DNA of 64,000 bases, taken from contig OX638155.1 in NCBI GenBank assembly GCA_951804945.1, positions 33,294,001-33,358,000 on the forward strand, read 5' to 3'. Numbering within the stretch: the stretch's first letter is position 1; each line of letters opens with the position of its first letter. This document shows, piece after piece, positions 61,641-64,000 of the stretch. The notes below the pieces were generated by a model. It was not told the origin of the DNA and did not search any database. It saw nothing but the letters and a program-made list of their open reading frames with translations. The position numbers and the translations under genes are program-made. This DNA is from Podarcis cretensis (taxonomy: Eukaryota).

Positions 61641-62781
61641 TGTGCACAGTGCATGAGTGTGTGGTTCTTTTTTTCAAATATAAAAAATAAACTAAGCATG
61701 AATGAAACAATATGGCTCTCCGTTGTGTTGCCTTGGCTATAAGAGCCCTCCGCACCCACCACCACTTTGTGGTTTGTGTGCATGTGTGTTTCCTCTTCAT
61801 GTGTGTTTATGTCCTGTCCTTGGATGTTTTTGTTTGCTTACATACAAACTTTCCTCAATTCAAACCATGAATGCTGGGAAAATTTAGGGAAGGTTTCCAG
61901 GAACACCAAGTGAAACAAACATTTGAAATGTGTGTTTTTCTTACAATATTGTCAGGAAATTACTGTTTCTGTTTTCTTATTCTCATACTGGTACCAATGT
62001 CTAAAGTATTTGTACCTGGCACTGGCACTTGCCTGCTAACTGTACCTGTTTCTGTAGCATGATACACAATAAACAATCCAAGTTTGTTACACTGTATAGA
62101 ATTTTGAAATGTTGAGCAAGCTATTAATTTGGGAGTGCAGTGTTTGTGACAATAAACATGCAACAGTATAAACCTAAAAATGAAGATCCTTCCTGCATTT
62201 AGGAAAACATTTTTTTTAAGAAAAAAAATCAAAAATATTGCATATTCTGTACAGGTAGTTCACTCATTTGGGTCTACTTGGTCTGTCTAGAATAAAACCC
62301 AGCAGACTTCTTTTTCTGTCAGATGTTGGCATGTTACGCTGGTTGTACTTTGTCCAAAAACTGTAATTCATTTCACTGTGGTTAACTTCATCAATTTGAT
62401 AGCTTGTTTAATAAGATAGTAACAAAATTAAAATAATTTAATAAATGGTTTTTCATGCAACACGAGCCTGTATTATATGTTCATGAGTGCAAGAAGAACA
62501 GAAAGCTTTTCCAACATTGAAAACAGTATTAGCCAAATGAGCACTATGGTTCTTCCTCCTAACCCTTCTTGAAGGTTTGGGGGACCCTCCAGAGCTCATC
62601 TTCAGGAGACATGAGGGGTTACAGCTGAGGAAATGGGAGTAGAAAGAGGAAATGCCTTTTATTTGCACATGGGAGGCAATTGGTTTTGGATCCAAGTCAT
62701 TGTCTCTGTAATACAGAAGCATTAAAGTAACCTTACAGTGGTTTGAGTACGTTTCCTACCCTTCTAACTGAAGAGATGGCA

Positions 62782-64000
62782 GACTTCCGGTCGGCGCCAG
62801 CGCTTAATGGCGGTCCGAGCCTCGAGCTCCGAGGCAGGACTGCTCCGTTAGTTCGGGTCTTACCCGCTACGGCAAGCGGGGGACCCCTAAAATCACAGGC
62901 GCGGAGCCTGTGAACAAAGGAGATTCGGTGGGCACCTTTTGCGCCCCCCGGTACTGTGAGGGAGCCTTTTTAAAGGCTTCTGAGCGGCATCGGGGTAAGC
63001 GCGGTGCTGAGAGTCGTCACCCAGCTAGCGGAGTGAAGCCGCGTCGCCATGAGCGGAGAGCGCCGATTCCTTCCTGCAATTGGAATTTGACTACAACACC
63101 CGTGAGTAAGACTGGAAAAGTAACGGGACTTTAAAAAAAAAAAAATTTGGCTGAAAACGGGAAAGGCAAAAATTAAGGAAGTCTGCCTCCCCGGAACTGC
63201 AGAAGAGATAAAGCAACGAAAATCAAGCTGCACTTAAAGGGAATCTTTCTAATTTTTTTAAGCTGTCAAACTGACATCGGACTTAAAACCTCCCCCCCAG
63301 ATTGGCAGGAGAAGGGGGGAAGGGATTGGAACGTTGTTAACCTGCTGGAAAATTAATGGAAAATTAAGACCTTCCATTGCCAAATCCCCTGGGGTCGGGC
63401 TGCCCAAACAAGACACCGGGACGTGGACTGTCAAATTTTGAGAAGTGGGGACTTGTTTGCAACAAAGTTACCGGACCTTAGACGTACTTTGCTGCATTTT
63501 GGCCACATAGAAAATAGAGACATTACAATTTGGATATTGGAAACTTTTGGCTACTGTCATACTTCCTTGCCTCTTTGTTTTCTTCTATCTTTGCCATTTG
63601 GATACAATTGAATGCTCCCTCTAGAGGGTTCTATCTGAAACTGTTGCACTTGAAAAAGTAACAGTGGGATTTTCCACTTGGGAATCAACTCTGTGAAAAC
63701 GACCTTGAGGATATGAGTGCCCCTACAGAAGAGATAGTAACAAGGCAGAAAGCAAAACAATCTCACAAGAAAAGGGCCTCTATATCAGGAACTGCAGCTG
63801 TGCAGGAAAAAACACCAGCTTCTATGGATCCTATGACTCAGGCTCTACTTAAAATAAATCAATCCCTGGAAGCATTGACAAAACTATCGACAGAGAATTC
63901 TAAAAAATTAACAGAGTTGACAACAAGGTTGGATGTGAATACGGCTAGTGTTGCATCGAACACAGATTCTATAAATAGATTAATTCAGGAAAGTTCAGAA
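62782..64000 (+). mobile_element. 5' end of an L1-clade LINE (CpG-rich 5' UTR plus start of ORF1), continuing beyond the window
   Basis: Abrupt switch to CpG-rich sequence starting GACTTCCGG, a 5' motif I associate with non-mammalian L1s; about 930-nt UTR followed by an A-rich open frame. Confidence 0.75.
63713..64000 (+). CDS. Putative L1 ORF1p N-terminus (coiled coil), partial; no stop before the window end
   Basis: MSAPTEEIVTRQKAKQSHKKRASISGTAAVQEKTPASMDPMTQALLKINQSLEALTKLSTENSKKLTELTTRLDVNTASVASNTDSINRLIQESSE (96 codons); basic N-terminus followed by regular heptads. Missing from the ORF track because it is unterminated. Confidence 0.7.
   Translation, partial: MSAPTEEIVTRQKAKQSHKKRASISGTAAVQEKTPASMDPMTQALLKINQSLEALTKLSTENSKKLTELTTRLDVNTASVASNTDSINRLIQESSE

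Noticed and set aside
62782-63110. CpG island of a host gene promoter
   Set aside because: The sharp boundary, GACTTCCGG start and downstream coiled-coil ORF fit an L1 5' UTR better; not fully excluded.
176-63766. The many 60-145 aa ORFs in the ORF track
   Set aside because: No recognisable domains, frequent microsatellite-derived runs, and lengths expected by chance; only the TE-derived ones are interpretable.
36607-64000. Next CDKAL1 exon (expected EGVCEIWLTSEDTGAYG)
   Set aside because: I did not find it by inspection; it probably lies beyond the window.

Overview
Vertebrate genomic DNA, almost certainly a squamate and probably a lacertid lizard (inferred from Sauria SINE, Squam3-like SINE, BovB, CR1, L2 and hAT/Tc1-mariner MITEs). 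The whole window lies inside CDKAL1 (tRNA-Lys(UUU) ms2t6A methylthiotransferase, radical SAM) on the + strand. Four internal coding exons are present (5361-5457, 7606-7654, 16426-16546, 36503-36606; 97/49/121/104 nt, all GT-AG). They splice in frame to [123 protein letters not shown], equivalent to human exons 6-9 as I recall them. None is in the ORF track. The rest is intron filled with transposable elements and microsatellites, plus repeat-free blocks that may be conserved enhancers (CDKAL1 introns are a known part of the SOX4 regulatory landscape). The only long ORF (49047-50231) is a 5'-truncated CR1 reverse transcriptase nested in a Sauria SINE. Most unusual observations: a Sauria SINE with a perfect 55-bp target-site duplication; a GC-rich Tc2-like MITE built from an array of hairpins; a 372-bp solo LTR; the 5' end of an apparently young L1 with an open coiled-coil ORF1 at the right edge; and inverted SINEs bracketing the in-frame exon 8+9 cassette. 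I see no convincing evidence of a wholly new biological system.
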